Below are positions 11,940 to 23,200 of a stretch of 64,000 bases of DNA, piece by piece. The position numbers were made by a program, and so were the translations under genes. The stretch comes from Chrysemys picta bellii (Eukaryota). The DNA lies in NCBI RefSeq assembly GCF_011386835.1, contig NC_088793.1, positions 197,346,001 through 197,410,000 on the forward strand. Direction: 5' to 3'. The first letter of the stretch is position 1. Each line of letters begins with the position of its first letter. The notes beneath the pieces were generated by a model. The model ran no database searches, had not been told where the DNA came from, and saw nothing but the letters and a program-made list of their open reading frames with translations.

Positions 11940-12007
11940 GTGCAGGTTATCATTCTGAATCCAAAGCTAAAGAATACAAACATGTTTGCAAAAGAGCCTG
12001 TCAAAAG
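11940..12007 (+). CDS. TASP1: Taspase 1 exon 3: GAGYHSESKAKEYKHVCKRACQK
   Basis: 68 nt, aatAG|...AAG|gtatga, phase-compatible; peptide matches taspase 1. Confidence 0.97.
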
Positions 12008-13561
12008 GTATGACTTCCCCAGTTCCAAACTTTTTTTTCTTTAGAGGATCAACAGGCTTCTAAAAAATTTGAGTTCACTAGACTTCAATTTATAAAAGGT
12101 TTTAGGGTCTAGTCTCTAAAGTTTTGATCTGTTTTGTGAGAGTTTTGGATATTATGCAGCAGTGCATAAAGTGTGTTTGCATGAAGTGTTTATTTTGGGA
12201 TTCATTAACACTATCCCCTGGATACAATTATGTACTGAAGGGTTGACATTTCTGTGGACAAAAAAGAAACAGCAATAAAAAAACAGGAACCACTGTGCAC
12301 TCCATAAGGGAAGAATGGTAAAAACTTTGAGAAGTGTGATTTGAGTAACAGATCAATAAATATTATTTCATAATCCCCCAAAGGATTATGGTTTGTACTA
12401 TACCTCTTTCACTTGCACAGAAACTACGTACACATTCCCTCTCCTTCAGAGGGCTGCAATACATGTGGATTATTAAAAGAAAAGAGTGGTGATTCTCTGC
12501 GCATGCAACAATTTTGGTTCCAAGGCTTGCTCCAGGTACACATACAAATTGTGTTTTTCATTTCATATCATGATTCCAAATCATGTTTCCATGCTAATTG
12601 AAGGCTGTCTGGCAGTCACTGGTGAGGACTATATACACCTAATATGTGTGGCCTGAGACAACCGCTTATTTATGGAAGATCCATCCCTCTGTGGACATCT
12701 GGCTGACCTGGATATTTAAATGGTGATTTTGTAGTGATTTTATTGCTTTTCTCCATAAGGATATCAGAAACTGTCATTTGGCCAAGATACTACAGCATGT
12801 CTGTGGCAGAATTTGGAATAGAATATGAGAAGAGTTGATTAATTCTTCCTGTTAAGTTTAGGTGCTAATTGGATTAATGTTTTTTCCCTAGTGTAACTTA
12901 ATGCTTGTTTAATGAAATGCTCTGTGTTTACAGTTTGACTTAGATTTGATTTTAATATAACCATTCAAATGGGAATCTTGAGGTCTAGGTAGCTGGATAT
13001 ATAGAAAACTACATTTACCTTTGGCCTATATATTAAATGTCTTATAGATTATTACTGGTGTAGAGATTATTGGATTCTTTTATAAAAAGACTGTTGAAAT
13101 TGGAAGTAACTTGCAAAATATCTGAATACTTGCAGATATAAAATCACTTCTCCCTGATTGCATGGTAATATCTCCATTAAAAAGCAACCCTCAATGCTTT
13201 GATGGAAGATTTATATGGCTGACTTTTTCAGGGGAGTCTAAAGGAGTTGGGTGTCTAAGTCTCATAGGTTTATTTGAAAATCCCACCCCTCATCTCCAAA
13301 TACCAATCTCACTTTGTAACTAACAGAGTTTCAAAGCATGCAGTATCAGTACAGTTTGAGTAGTTTAACACTGAACTTCAGTCCTACCTGGTATCTCTGT
13401 TTTGTGATACTACTTTTCCATTTACTTGCCTGAGTGATAAATTTGCTTGCTGTTGAGGATATTGCTAATGGTAACTTGAGATTCCATTTGGTTCCTTGAG
13501 CTAGGTAGCCAACATAATGTTTGAGTAAGAACAAACAGCATAAAATTTATGCCGCAACTAA

Positions 13562-13792
13562 GGACAGGTCTACACAATGGGGTTAAGTCGACCTAAGTTA
13601 TGTAGCTTAGGTTGACTTATTTGGTGTCTACATGGCGCTGGGTCAATGGGAGAAACTCTCCCATTGACGTACCTTATACTTCTCGTTCCGGTTGAGTACC
13701 GGAGTTGACGGGAGAGGATCGGCGGTTGATTTAGCGGGTCTTCACTAGATCGATCGCCACAGCGTCGATCTATGGTAAGTGTAAACGTGCCC
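13562..13792. mobile_element. PIF/Harbinger MITE
   Basis: GGACAGGTCTACAC...GTGTAAACGTGCCC with TAA TSD on both sides. Confidence 0.88.
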
Positions 13793-14029
13793 TAAGAATG
13801 CAGCCCTCATTAGTTCTTGTGAGTTCACTGAGGGAATTTGCTGTGAGTAGAAGTTCTACGTTTTTGTACAGCGTGGATCTGGGAAATTACTACATGTCTC
13901 CAAAAGTTTGTCTTTTTAGTGCCAAACTTGAACAAAGATCATCCCTTGTTTATTTTGCATTTATGTTGCTAGGCTTGGCAGAGTTTGAGTTTTATTTTTT
14001 ATAATTTCAAAAGTGATTATTTTTAAGCA

Positions 14030-14340
14030 TTTTAATATTTTTAATAGATTAAAATTTTCACAATTTCAGGAAAACGGAGTGGGTCAGATAATTATTTAAT
14101 GACAGTAGATGGAGAGAATGAAAAAATTAAAGCTTGTAAATTGTCAACATCACATGTCAAAATATACAAAATAAATATCCTTAAATCAATTCTAAGACAT
14201 TCTCAAGCAACATTTTTCTTACTGTGCTTATCTGTAAATTTCAGTTCTCTTTGATGGAAATATATTTTCGTCAGTTGGTGTATATATGGTGAAATCAATG
14301 TTTACTGACATTTAATGATTAAAAATCTAATCCTTTCAAA
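14030..14340. mobile_element. AT-rich non-autonomous DNA element, same family as 27003-27282
   Basis: Shares tgtcaaca..catgtcaaa.tata...aaatatcc.taaatcaa...tatctgtaaattt...ttta..gacattt...aaaaat with the 27 kb copy. Confidence 0.6.
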
Positions 14341-14626
14341 TGTGTGTGTTGCTAACATCTGGACAAACTTACTCAATGGTACAACTAATCATTTTAATGG
14401 CAGCAACTCAATATGACACAATAAAATTTAGGGTTGGTTTTTTTGGTGTCAGAGCCCTATCATTAGTTCAAGTGTGCGGGAGACATATGTTACTATAAAA
14501 TTCAACCGTAAATTTTTTTTGCCAAGTGCAGTGTGGTTTCATGATGCCAGAACAATAATATCATGTATTCAAATCTTGTAAAGACTTTCTTCTCTCACAG
14601 TGCCTTTTGTCTTATTTGTCCTCTTA

Positions 14627-14892
14627 GGCTATGTCTACACTGAGCAACAAAACTTTTGTCATTCAGAGGTGCTAACAACCCCTTCCCCCCTGAAAGACAA
14701 AAGTTTTGCTGTGGCAAGCGTCAGTGGGAACAGCGTGTTGTCTGCAGCAGCACTCTCCCGTTGACAATGTGAACACCGCTCATTGTGGGTGGAAGTATTT
14801 TGTCAGCAAAAGTGCCAACAAACAGCGGCTACACTGCCTGACTTTTAACAACATGGCTGTGTCGCTAGAAGCTGTATAGTGTAGACAAAGCC
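14627..14892. mobile_element. PIF/Harbinger MITE
   Basis: GGCTATGTCTACACT...AGTGTAGACAAAGCC with TTA TSD on both sides. Confidence 0.9.
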
Positions 14893-15009
14893 TTAGATTG
14901 GAATTTTCTTGTGGTGGGGATTCTGTCTCACTCAGTGCCAAGAAAATCATTAGAACTAGCCATACAATTATTAAATCCAAACTCATCAACTAAAAATTCT
15001 GTTTCACAG

Positions 15010-15078
15010 GCAATTGAAAAACTTCAGGCTGGTGCTCTTGCAACTGATGCAGTGACTGCGGCACTAATTGAACTAGAG
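15010..15078 (+). CDS. TASP1: Taspase 1 exon 4: AIEKLQAGALATDAVTAALIELE
   Basis: 69 nt, ttcacAG|...GAG|gtactt; peptide matches taspase 1. Confidence 0.97.
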
Positions 15079-16177
15079 GTACTTCTTATTTTTAATTCAG
15101 GAATTAAACCAAGTGAACATGTTATTGCCATATATCCCAATTCTATATAAAGCTATACATTTCAACTTGTAACTTACAGAGAATACTCTTTCAGTGCTTT
15201 AAATAGACCTATCTGTGCAAAAGTAAAATTTAGTCTGCAATTTGCCTTTGACTTTTTCATTGTCTTGCTTGCCCTTAATGTGTTAAAGAGGTTTAGTTGC
15301 CTTCCAATATTCAAATTGAATATGTATTTATTATACGTCAGCAGTAATAGCATCAAATTTGTTTTACCAGCCACAGTCTCTAATATCTGATAATACTAAA
15401 AGTGGAGAATTCCCTGCAAATGCAGGATAGATTCTATCTTTGGGCCTATCCATTTCTGACTTCTTCCTATCTTATTAGGCGCAACCCACTGATGGCTTCT
15501 TGGATGAGATAAATGATGCTCTGATCACTTCTGTTCATTACAGAGCCCATAACACATTAGATGGTCCATATTTCACCCTTATTTTTCTGGTGAAATTTCA
15601 CATTGAGTAGTTACTTTCTACTTTGCTTGATAGTAGATGAAACAAAACAAAACCTCTACAACTTCAGTCAAAGTTACTCTTAACTCCCTCTCCTTTAAAG
15701 CTCTTGTGTAGTAGTAGTGCTGATGTAGTCACCTCTGGGGTGGCATGCATTTCAGGGTGAATGATATTATGCATATTTTTCAGCGCTTTTGGATTATTTT
15801 AGGAAGGTGCTGTATAAATATAAAGCTAATTTGTTTCTTATGACAGTCATGAGATCATGTTAAGTTGAATAGTTGTATTGCATTGTGGAGAAGAGGTGGC
15901 ATAGGTGATAGACATTACTTCATTTACATTCTGTTTCAAAATGGCATAGTAATAAACTTTGTAATAATGAATTATAACTCTAACATGGTTTGCTAAACTT
16001 AATAATTCTTTATTAGATTTTGGTTTAGGTGTGAGGATGATTGTTAGTGGATACGTCCGCAATTAGCCTTATACATAACTGAATTTAGCTTATAAATTAT
16101 CCTCAGAACACTACTTAAAAATTCCATTTTGCTTGATGAGCAGAGTAGTCTATCACAATTTTCCTCCTGGTGTTTAT

Positions 16178-16400
16178 CTAAAAGATTGAATATGTTGGAC
16201 CCAAGTAATCGAGTGCTTTAAAGATAATGACCAAGACCTTGAACTTGACTTGATATTCTATGGGAAGCCAGTGTTCCGAGTGGAGGACATGTGTAATGTG
16301 TCTGTGGTAGTCTGTGTTCCTGAGGGGAAGAGCTTCAGGATTCTGGACTAACTGCAGTTTCCTAAGGGCTGATGGCTTAATACCTAGGTATATTGCTCTG
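16178..16400 (-). mobile_element. L2-clade LINE ORF2 C-terminal remnant
   Basis: KLQLVQN...HITHVLHSEHWLPIEYQVKFKVLVIIFKALDYLGP matches the L2-type motif QLVQNAAAR...HITPVL..LHWLP...FK.L...FKAL. Confidence 0.8.
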
Positions 16401-16880
16401 TAAAAGAGTTTTTCTGAATAGAATGCCAACCTTAAACATATTATTATTATTATTATTTTTACATTTTACTAATAATTTACCTGCTTCACCTGCCTGAGAA
16501 CCTTCCCAGTTTTTGTAATCTTTAGAACCAAATCTTCATTTAAAAAAATAGTCTCTCTCTGTTGCTGTGTGAAACACCATCATAGGAAATTGATATTGAA
16601 TATAGCAAGTCAACAAAATAAACAGAATAGAGAAATGTATTCTCCTCTCTTCTATTTATAGTCATTTTGTAACTTCAGTAGATTAAAACTGTAGTTTTTC
16701 ATGTTGACTGTCCCTTTAATGAAGTAACCCCATCCCTCTTGTCTTTATGTAGCAAGAATATCACCTTTCCTAAGACAGTGAGTATTCTGATTTAGCCAGA
16801 ATGTATTGTGAAAATCTGTATGTAAATTAAGTCAATTTGTTAACTTATTTTGCTATTGTAGTGTTGATTTTAATTATAAG

Positions 16881-18909
16881 TAGGGCTATCAATTAATCGC
16901 AGTTAACTCACGCGATTAACTAAAAAAAATTAATCGTGATAAAAAAGTAATCGCGATCAATCGCAGTTTTAATCGCATTGTTAAACAATAGAATACCAAT
17001 TGAAATTTACTAAATATTTTGGATGCTTTTCTATATTTTCATATATATTGTATTCTGTGTTGTAATTGAAATAAAAAAAGTGTACAAAAACAAAACAATG
17101 TAAAACTTCAAGTTCACTCAGTCCTCCTTCTTGTTCAGCCATTCGCTAAGACAAACAAGTTTGTTTACATTTACAGGAGATAATGCTGTCCTCTTCTTAG
17201 AATCATAGAAGATTAAGGTTGGAAGAGACCTCAGGAGGTCATGTAGTCCAATCCCTTGCTCAAAGCAAGACCAACCCCAACTAAATCATCCCAGCCAGGG
17301 GTTAGTCAAGCTGGCCCTTTAAAACCTCTAAGGATGGAGATTCCACCACCTTTCTAGGTAACCCATTCCAGTGCTTCACCATCCTTCTAGTGAAATAGTT
17401 TTTCCTAATATCCAACTTAGACCTTCCCCACTGCAAGTTGAGACCATTGCTCCTTGTTCTGTCATCTGCCACCACTGAGAACAGCCGGGCTCCATCTTCT
17501 TTGGAACCCCTTTTCAGGTAGTTGAAGGCTGCTATCAAATCCTCCCTCGTTCTCTTCTGCAGACTAAATAAGCCCAGTTCCCTCAGCTGCTCCTCATAAG
17601 TCATGTGCCCCAGCCCCCTAATCATTTTTGTTGCCCTCCACTGGAGTCTCTCCAATTTGTCCACATCCTTTCTGTAGTGAGGGGCCCAAAACTGGATGCA
17701 ATACTCCAGATGTGGCCTCACCAGTGCCGAATAGAGGGGAATAGTCACTTCCCTTGATTTGCTGGCAATGCTCCTACTTTTGTAGCTGGGTATTGCAAGG
17801 TATTTATGTGCCAGATATGCTAAACATTCGTTTGTCCTTTTGTGCTTCGGCCACTATTCCAGAGGACATGCTTCCATGCTGATGACATTCGTTAAAAATA
17901 ATGCATTAATTAAATTTGTGATTGAACTCCTTGGGGGAGAATTGTACATCCCCTGCTGTTTTACCCTCATTCTGCCATATATTTCATGTTATAGTAGTCT
18001 TGAATGATGACCCAGCACATGTGGTTCATTTTAAGAACACTTTCACTGCAGATTTGACAAAACGCAAAGAAAGTACCAATATGAGATGTTTAAAGATAGC
18101 TACAGCTACTCGACCAAAGATTTAAGAATCTCAGGTGTCTTCCAAAATCTGCTTGGGACGGGGCGTGGAGCATGCTTTCAGAAATGTTAAAATAGCAACA
18201 CTCTCTGATGTGGAAACTACTGAACCCGAACCACCAAAAAAGAAAATCAACCTTCTGCTGGTGGCATCACATTCAGATAATGAAAAAGAACATGTGTCGG
18301 TCCACACTGCTTTGGATTGTTATAGAGTAGAACCCGTCATCAGCATGTATGCATTTGCCCTGGAATGGTGGTTGAAGTGTGAAGGGACATATGAATCTTT
18401 AGCACATCTGGCACATAAATATCTTGCGATGCTGGCTACAACAGTGCCATGAGAATGTCTGTTCTCACTTTCAGGTGACATTGTAAACAACCGGGCAGCA
18501 TTATCTCCTGCAAATGTAAACAATTTTGTTTTTCTGAGCAATTGGCTGAAAAAGAAGTAGGACTGAGTGGACTTGCAGGATCTAAAATTTTACATTTTAT
18601 TTTTGAATGCAGTTTATTTTGTACATAATTCTACATTTGTAAGTTCAACTTTCATAATAAAGAGATTGCACTATAGTACTTATATTAGATGAATTGCAAA
18701 ATACTATTTATTTTGTTTTTTTACAGTGCAAATACTTGTAATCAAAAATAAATATTAAGTGAGCATTGTACACTTTCTATTCTGTGTTATAATTGAAGTC
18801 AATATATTTGAAAAGGTAGAAAACATCCAAAAATATTTAAACGGTATTCTATTGTTGTTTAACAGTGTGATTAATTGCGATTAATTTTTCTAATCACTTT
18901 TCAGCCCTA
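16881..18909. mobile_element. Non-autonomous hAT element, family A, copy 2 (complete, opposite orientation to copy 1, interrupted by CR1)
   Basis: TIRs TAGGGCT / AGCCCTA; 8-bp TSD ATTATAAG / ATTATTAG (7/8); transposase C-terminus on the plus strand (about 17950-18560) and on the minus strand (left arm). Confidence 0.92.
17198..17778 (-). mobile_element. 5'-truncated CR1 LINE nested in hAT copy 2
   Basis: Antisense tail TAGAATCATAGAA; ORF2 C-terminus LYSALVRPHLEYCIQFWAPHYRKD...GLPRKVVESPSLE. Confidence 0.95.
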
Positions 18910-21277
18910 ATTATTAGACAGTGTGAACAAATCTTTTCAGCTGAAGTACAAAGAACCTTTCTAGCGTGCAACAACAGAATAAAATCCTGAATATTGAGTC
19001 TACTTCTCAAACTCTGAAAGCTATAGAATAGATTATAGCTCATAGCTCTTTTTCCAGTGGTCTAGATATTCTTTATTCTGTGTTTCACAAACTACTTTCT
19101 CTTCAGAATTTTGGAAGATCCAACTATCTTTTTAGGCAAGTGTCACAAAAGATGGATTTTTCCCGGTTCTGCTTAGTTACACAACTCCTATTACATGGAA
19201 TTCCAGCCAGTCCAAGAGGCATCACTTCAAAGAGTTGCTGAGAAACAAAATTTGCTCTTGATCTTTTATGAGTGAGCTGACAGTTTGCTTGTGGTATGCT
19301 GGCTGCTTTTTTTATTTTTGCAGCCTCTAAGTGGAGAAAGAACAGTCCATCTCTGCGTGACTGCATGAACATCTCCAATGCAATAAATTCCATGATTAAG
19401 ATAAAATGTTAGCAGTTATGTGGGCAAAGTAGCTTACATGTACAAACTAATGAACAGCAACTAACGGTGAATGCTGTTCATATAACCTACTACTACACTG
19501 CTGAATTTTATAAAGTGTCATCCATCATATTTGGCAACCTGATCATGGCAGCATGGATGAATGTGTTTCCCAGAATTTCAGTGAGCTGCATAATTGAATA
19601 TAACAAATGAAGATGCTAACTCCAAAGTCTGTGTATGTTGCAGTAATAAATTAGTGGATACTTCAGAAGACTGATTATTAAAACACTGCATGATTCTTTA
19701 AGGAGATGGTCACTGAGCCATTCGCTTTTGCACAATTCTATCATCAGTTGCCACATATGAGTTGACTGTTCAATTGGTCTTGGAACACAAGAGTTGGATT
19801 AATTTTTTGACTTGCATTGTACAATAACCACATGCTGTGTATTTTTTTTTTTTATGGAAGATCAGAAGAAATCCATATGATTAAGCTTTTATGTATCTCT
19901 ATAGCACTTCAGAGAGTCACTGTCTAGGTGCTGGAAAGAGACACTAAAGAACACCCAGTTAAATATTTTAAGACTTGATCATGTAGAAGGGGAAAAATAA
20001 TCACAAGCAGAGCCAAATACGCTAGTGATCAAAGTTGCAAGCACTCTGATTTCTCTCTAAACATATGATGGACACAGTTTGTGCAATAGCATTAGCTTGT
20101 GTTCCTCTGACTTATTACAAGGCTGTAAACAGATGATACTTAAGTCAGGGCTCAGAACTGATTATTCATCGTATGATGGAAAATGCTATATAAATAAATG
20201 CCAGATTTGTGTTTACTAGTGAAACCGCTCCACTTACTGTGTCTTAATGTTGTAGTTGAACTGGAAAAGACACTTTTAGTACCTCTTACTAGATACCATA
20301 AAGAATCTAAAACAAATCTAAACTATCAAGTGTGCAAGATTAATTAATATTAGATCTATGGCGTTCTGTACTGCAGATCTGTTGCTTTCAATTAAATACT
20401 GAAGTGAACTGTGTGATATGACCTATTTTGTAGAACTAGATTGAGTTTTAACTTGAGTACATTAATAGGAAAAGATTAACCTCTGCAGATTTACACTTTT
20501 GAAACTAAAGTCTGTGTTTTTAAAATTAAGAACAAACAATTAATTCGCAATGAGAAGCACAGCACTATTACAGTAAAGGGGTCTACATAAACTAGAAAGT
20601 TAAAGAGGTTCTGACATAGTTCTTCAAAATTGTTAATTATAGTTACTATGTTTTAAAAAAAAAAAAATGGTTCCATTTGCTTATGACTTCCATTTGGCAT
20701 AGTATGATGCATAGGCATGTGTTGTGCTTTGTTTAATTATCTGACTTTAATTTAAGATTTTCTTTAAGAACATTTTAACTCATTAAACAAAATGGGACTC
20801 GATTCATCCCAGGAGGCCACTTCTCAGTGCCACCAACCCTCCAGTAAGAAAGCAAATTTATAATCTTATTGTTTAAATGCTGGCTGTCTATATGCATGTC
20901 TCTTGAATAGAATTTAGTAGTCACAATGCTTGCATAAACAAACTGGCCAAAACTCTATCAAAGATAGCTGAAGTGTTACTTTAACATATGTTGAAAGTAG
21001 AGCGCTATAACTATTTGGCTAGGTGTAATTCCAGGACTGTCAAAAATGAGTAACTTCTACAAGTCTTCCAACTTTGACCACAGCTGAAAAATTTAGTATG
21101 CTGTGAAACTGGCAAACATTGTAAGTATATCTTGAAGAGAAGGAATCTAAAAAGAAAATGATAGCTTCAGTCGTGTAGGAGAAATTACAGTGCAATTTTT
21201 TTGTTGACAATCTAATTTTTATTTTAGAAGCTAAAATTTTATATCTCAGTAGATGCAAGAATCATAAGTTAAATGTA

Positions 21278-21403
21278 GGTTTCAGAGTAGCAGCCGTGTT
21301 AGTCTGTATCCACAAAAAGAACAGGAGTACTTGTGGCACCTTAGAGACTAATACATTTATTAGAGCATAAGCTTTCGTGGGCTACAGCCCACTTCTTCGG
21401 ATG
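21278..21403 (-). mobile_element. Penelope-like element pseudo-LTR 3' fragment
   Basis: GGTTTCAGAGTAGCAGCCGTGTTAGTCTG...GTGGCACCTTAGAGAC...AAGCTTTCGTGGG; flanked by a 15-bp duplication CATAAGTTAAATGTA (21263-21277, 21404-21418). Confidence 0.9.
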
Positions 21404-21404
21404 C
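21365..21404 (-). ncRNA. Minimal type I hammerhead ribozyme motif (Penelope-type)
   Basis: Minus strand GCAU-CCGAAGA-A-GUGGGC(UGUA)GCCCAC-GAA-AGCU-U^AUGC: helix I GCAU/AUGC, 6-bp helix II, palindromic AGCU helix III. Confidence 0.75.
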
Positions 21405-21619
21405 ATAAGTTAAATGTACTTTGCTGGCGATGTAAGAGCAGTGGATGTAGGTTTCTTAAACCATGTCTTCCATGTCATGTGGCTAGGCTTCTTTTGGCTA
21501 AAATGCTATGGACAGTGTTTCTTCTCTTCTTCCCTTCCCTCTTCCACTTTTATATGATGACAGGGCAAGCATTTTGATCTGCAAAGCTCATGACTGCCCT
21601 GCTCACCTCCCCAGTCAGT

Positions 21620-23200
21620 TGAGACTTCTTAGAAATATAAAGGAGTGCTTTGCTTCCATTTAAAAATTAAAAGGTAAATTCTGTGGCCTTTGCATATTCT
21701 CCCATATGGCATGCATCCTCTGATGCTGTTGAAATTTTTTGCAAAGCAGTGCCTAAGCTACATCGTTGCTCTCTTGCCAGCATCAAATGATTGGAGCTGA
21801 GGTTAAAAAAGGTCTGATTGCCCCCGCCAGGTCAATTCATTTTTTACCATGGATGTCTGTGGGTGTTAAGAATATGCTCCAGTATGTCTGTTAGTCTATA
21901 AGGTGCCACAGGACTCTGTCACTTTTTAAAGAATATCCCTGTATACCTGGATGGAAGAATTCACTTTTCATTTTAAAACTCTCCCTATTTTTGTTAATGT
22001 GTATGCTAACTGGCCAAATACTAAATAGCTATTATTGAACAAGGGTTCTTAGAAATTTGGTCATGGCTGATCTGGCCTCCAAAGATTCAGATAAAAAGAG
22101 ATGGTTGTAGATGGTGTATTTCATGTTCCCACATTCTCCCGGAAGTGGATGCACAATGCCATTTTCTGTTCGGACAGGGGAGCTCACTTTGTCCAGATTT
22201 GAAGGCCCTGGGACCACACCAGTAGACAAGATGATCCATGTCTTCTGAAATGAGGCCCTCAGTCCCTAGATTTGTCATTGGACCAACTTTCTGGCCTGTT
22301 ATGTTGGAGCAGACCATCTTTCTTTTCAGTCAGGCATGACCACAGAACTAAAGTCTGTGCCAGAGAGAGACTATAGTGCCAAGGTCTTCAGCAAGCATTG
22401 GAGCTTTATTGGCACAAATAAACACTAGCTCAGAAGTGGGGCTTCTGCTGCTGAAACTTTACTGATGTCGAGGCTGATTTCTCCTTCTTTGGTTCTAGGA
22501 ACTACTTAAGTACTGAAATATGGAAACCTAGCTGACACCAACTGGTATGTCAGTGCAGGAAATTCCTTTGGCACTTAAGAGCCTTGTTCTAGTGGAACAA
22601 TCTGATGTGGCTATCCCTCTGTCCTAGGATCTTCTGTCTGAGCCTGTCACGTCATGATGCATCCATTAATGCTGGGACCTTCATTGGGAAAAATCTCAAA
22701 AGCATCAAGCACATCTTTGCTTATAGGACAAATCCGCACCAGTGCCACCTCGGCTGCCCTTAAACATAAAAAACAAGTTGAAAGGTATCTGGTGCTGGAG
22801 AGTTTACTGCCTTCCCCAAAGAGGAAGGCACTAAAGAGGGTCCTTGTTGCTAAGATTCCTGTTATAGCACTGAGGGTTCTTTCCATTTGCCCATGGTGCC
22901 AATTCTTAGGATTCGGCTCTCTCTTCAGTTAGTAGCTCTGGCACAATCACCAGAACATATGATTGTGCTTCTGTGGGTGCACTCTTCTAGAGATGGTTCT
23001 GTTAGTCCAACACCTTTGGAATGAGACAGCAGAGACGAGTCTCCAAGACTTCAGTTCCAGGACTTGTCTGATCAGCCTTGAGCTTGGGAGGCTTTAGACA
23101 GCTCTTGAAGTTGGGGCGCTTCAGCATTCTGAGGCTCTAATTTTCTGTTGAGCTAGGAGAATTGGAGTTTATAAAGCCTCTTGGAGCAATCCCTCTCAGA
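21620..23200 (-). mobile_element. Ancient degenerate DIRS-like gag (ORF1) remnant
   Basis: Minus-strand MLKRPNFKSC...LGDS resembles the DIRS gag N-terminus; dense decayed GGYACYRA/TYRGTRCC motifs as in the 38.6-39.5 kb gag; many stops. Confidence 0.4.
21876..21928 (+). mobile_element. Short Penelope pLTR fragment of a related subfamily
   Basis: (AT)GCTCCAGTATGTCTGTTAGTCTATAAGGTGCCACAGGACTC; flanked by the direct repeat AAGAATAT (21868-21875, 21929-21936). Confidence 0.75.
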
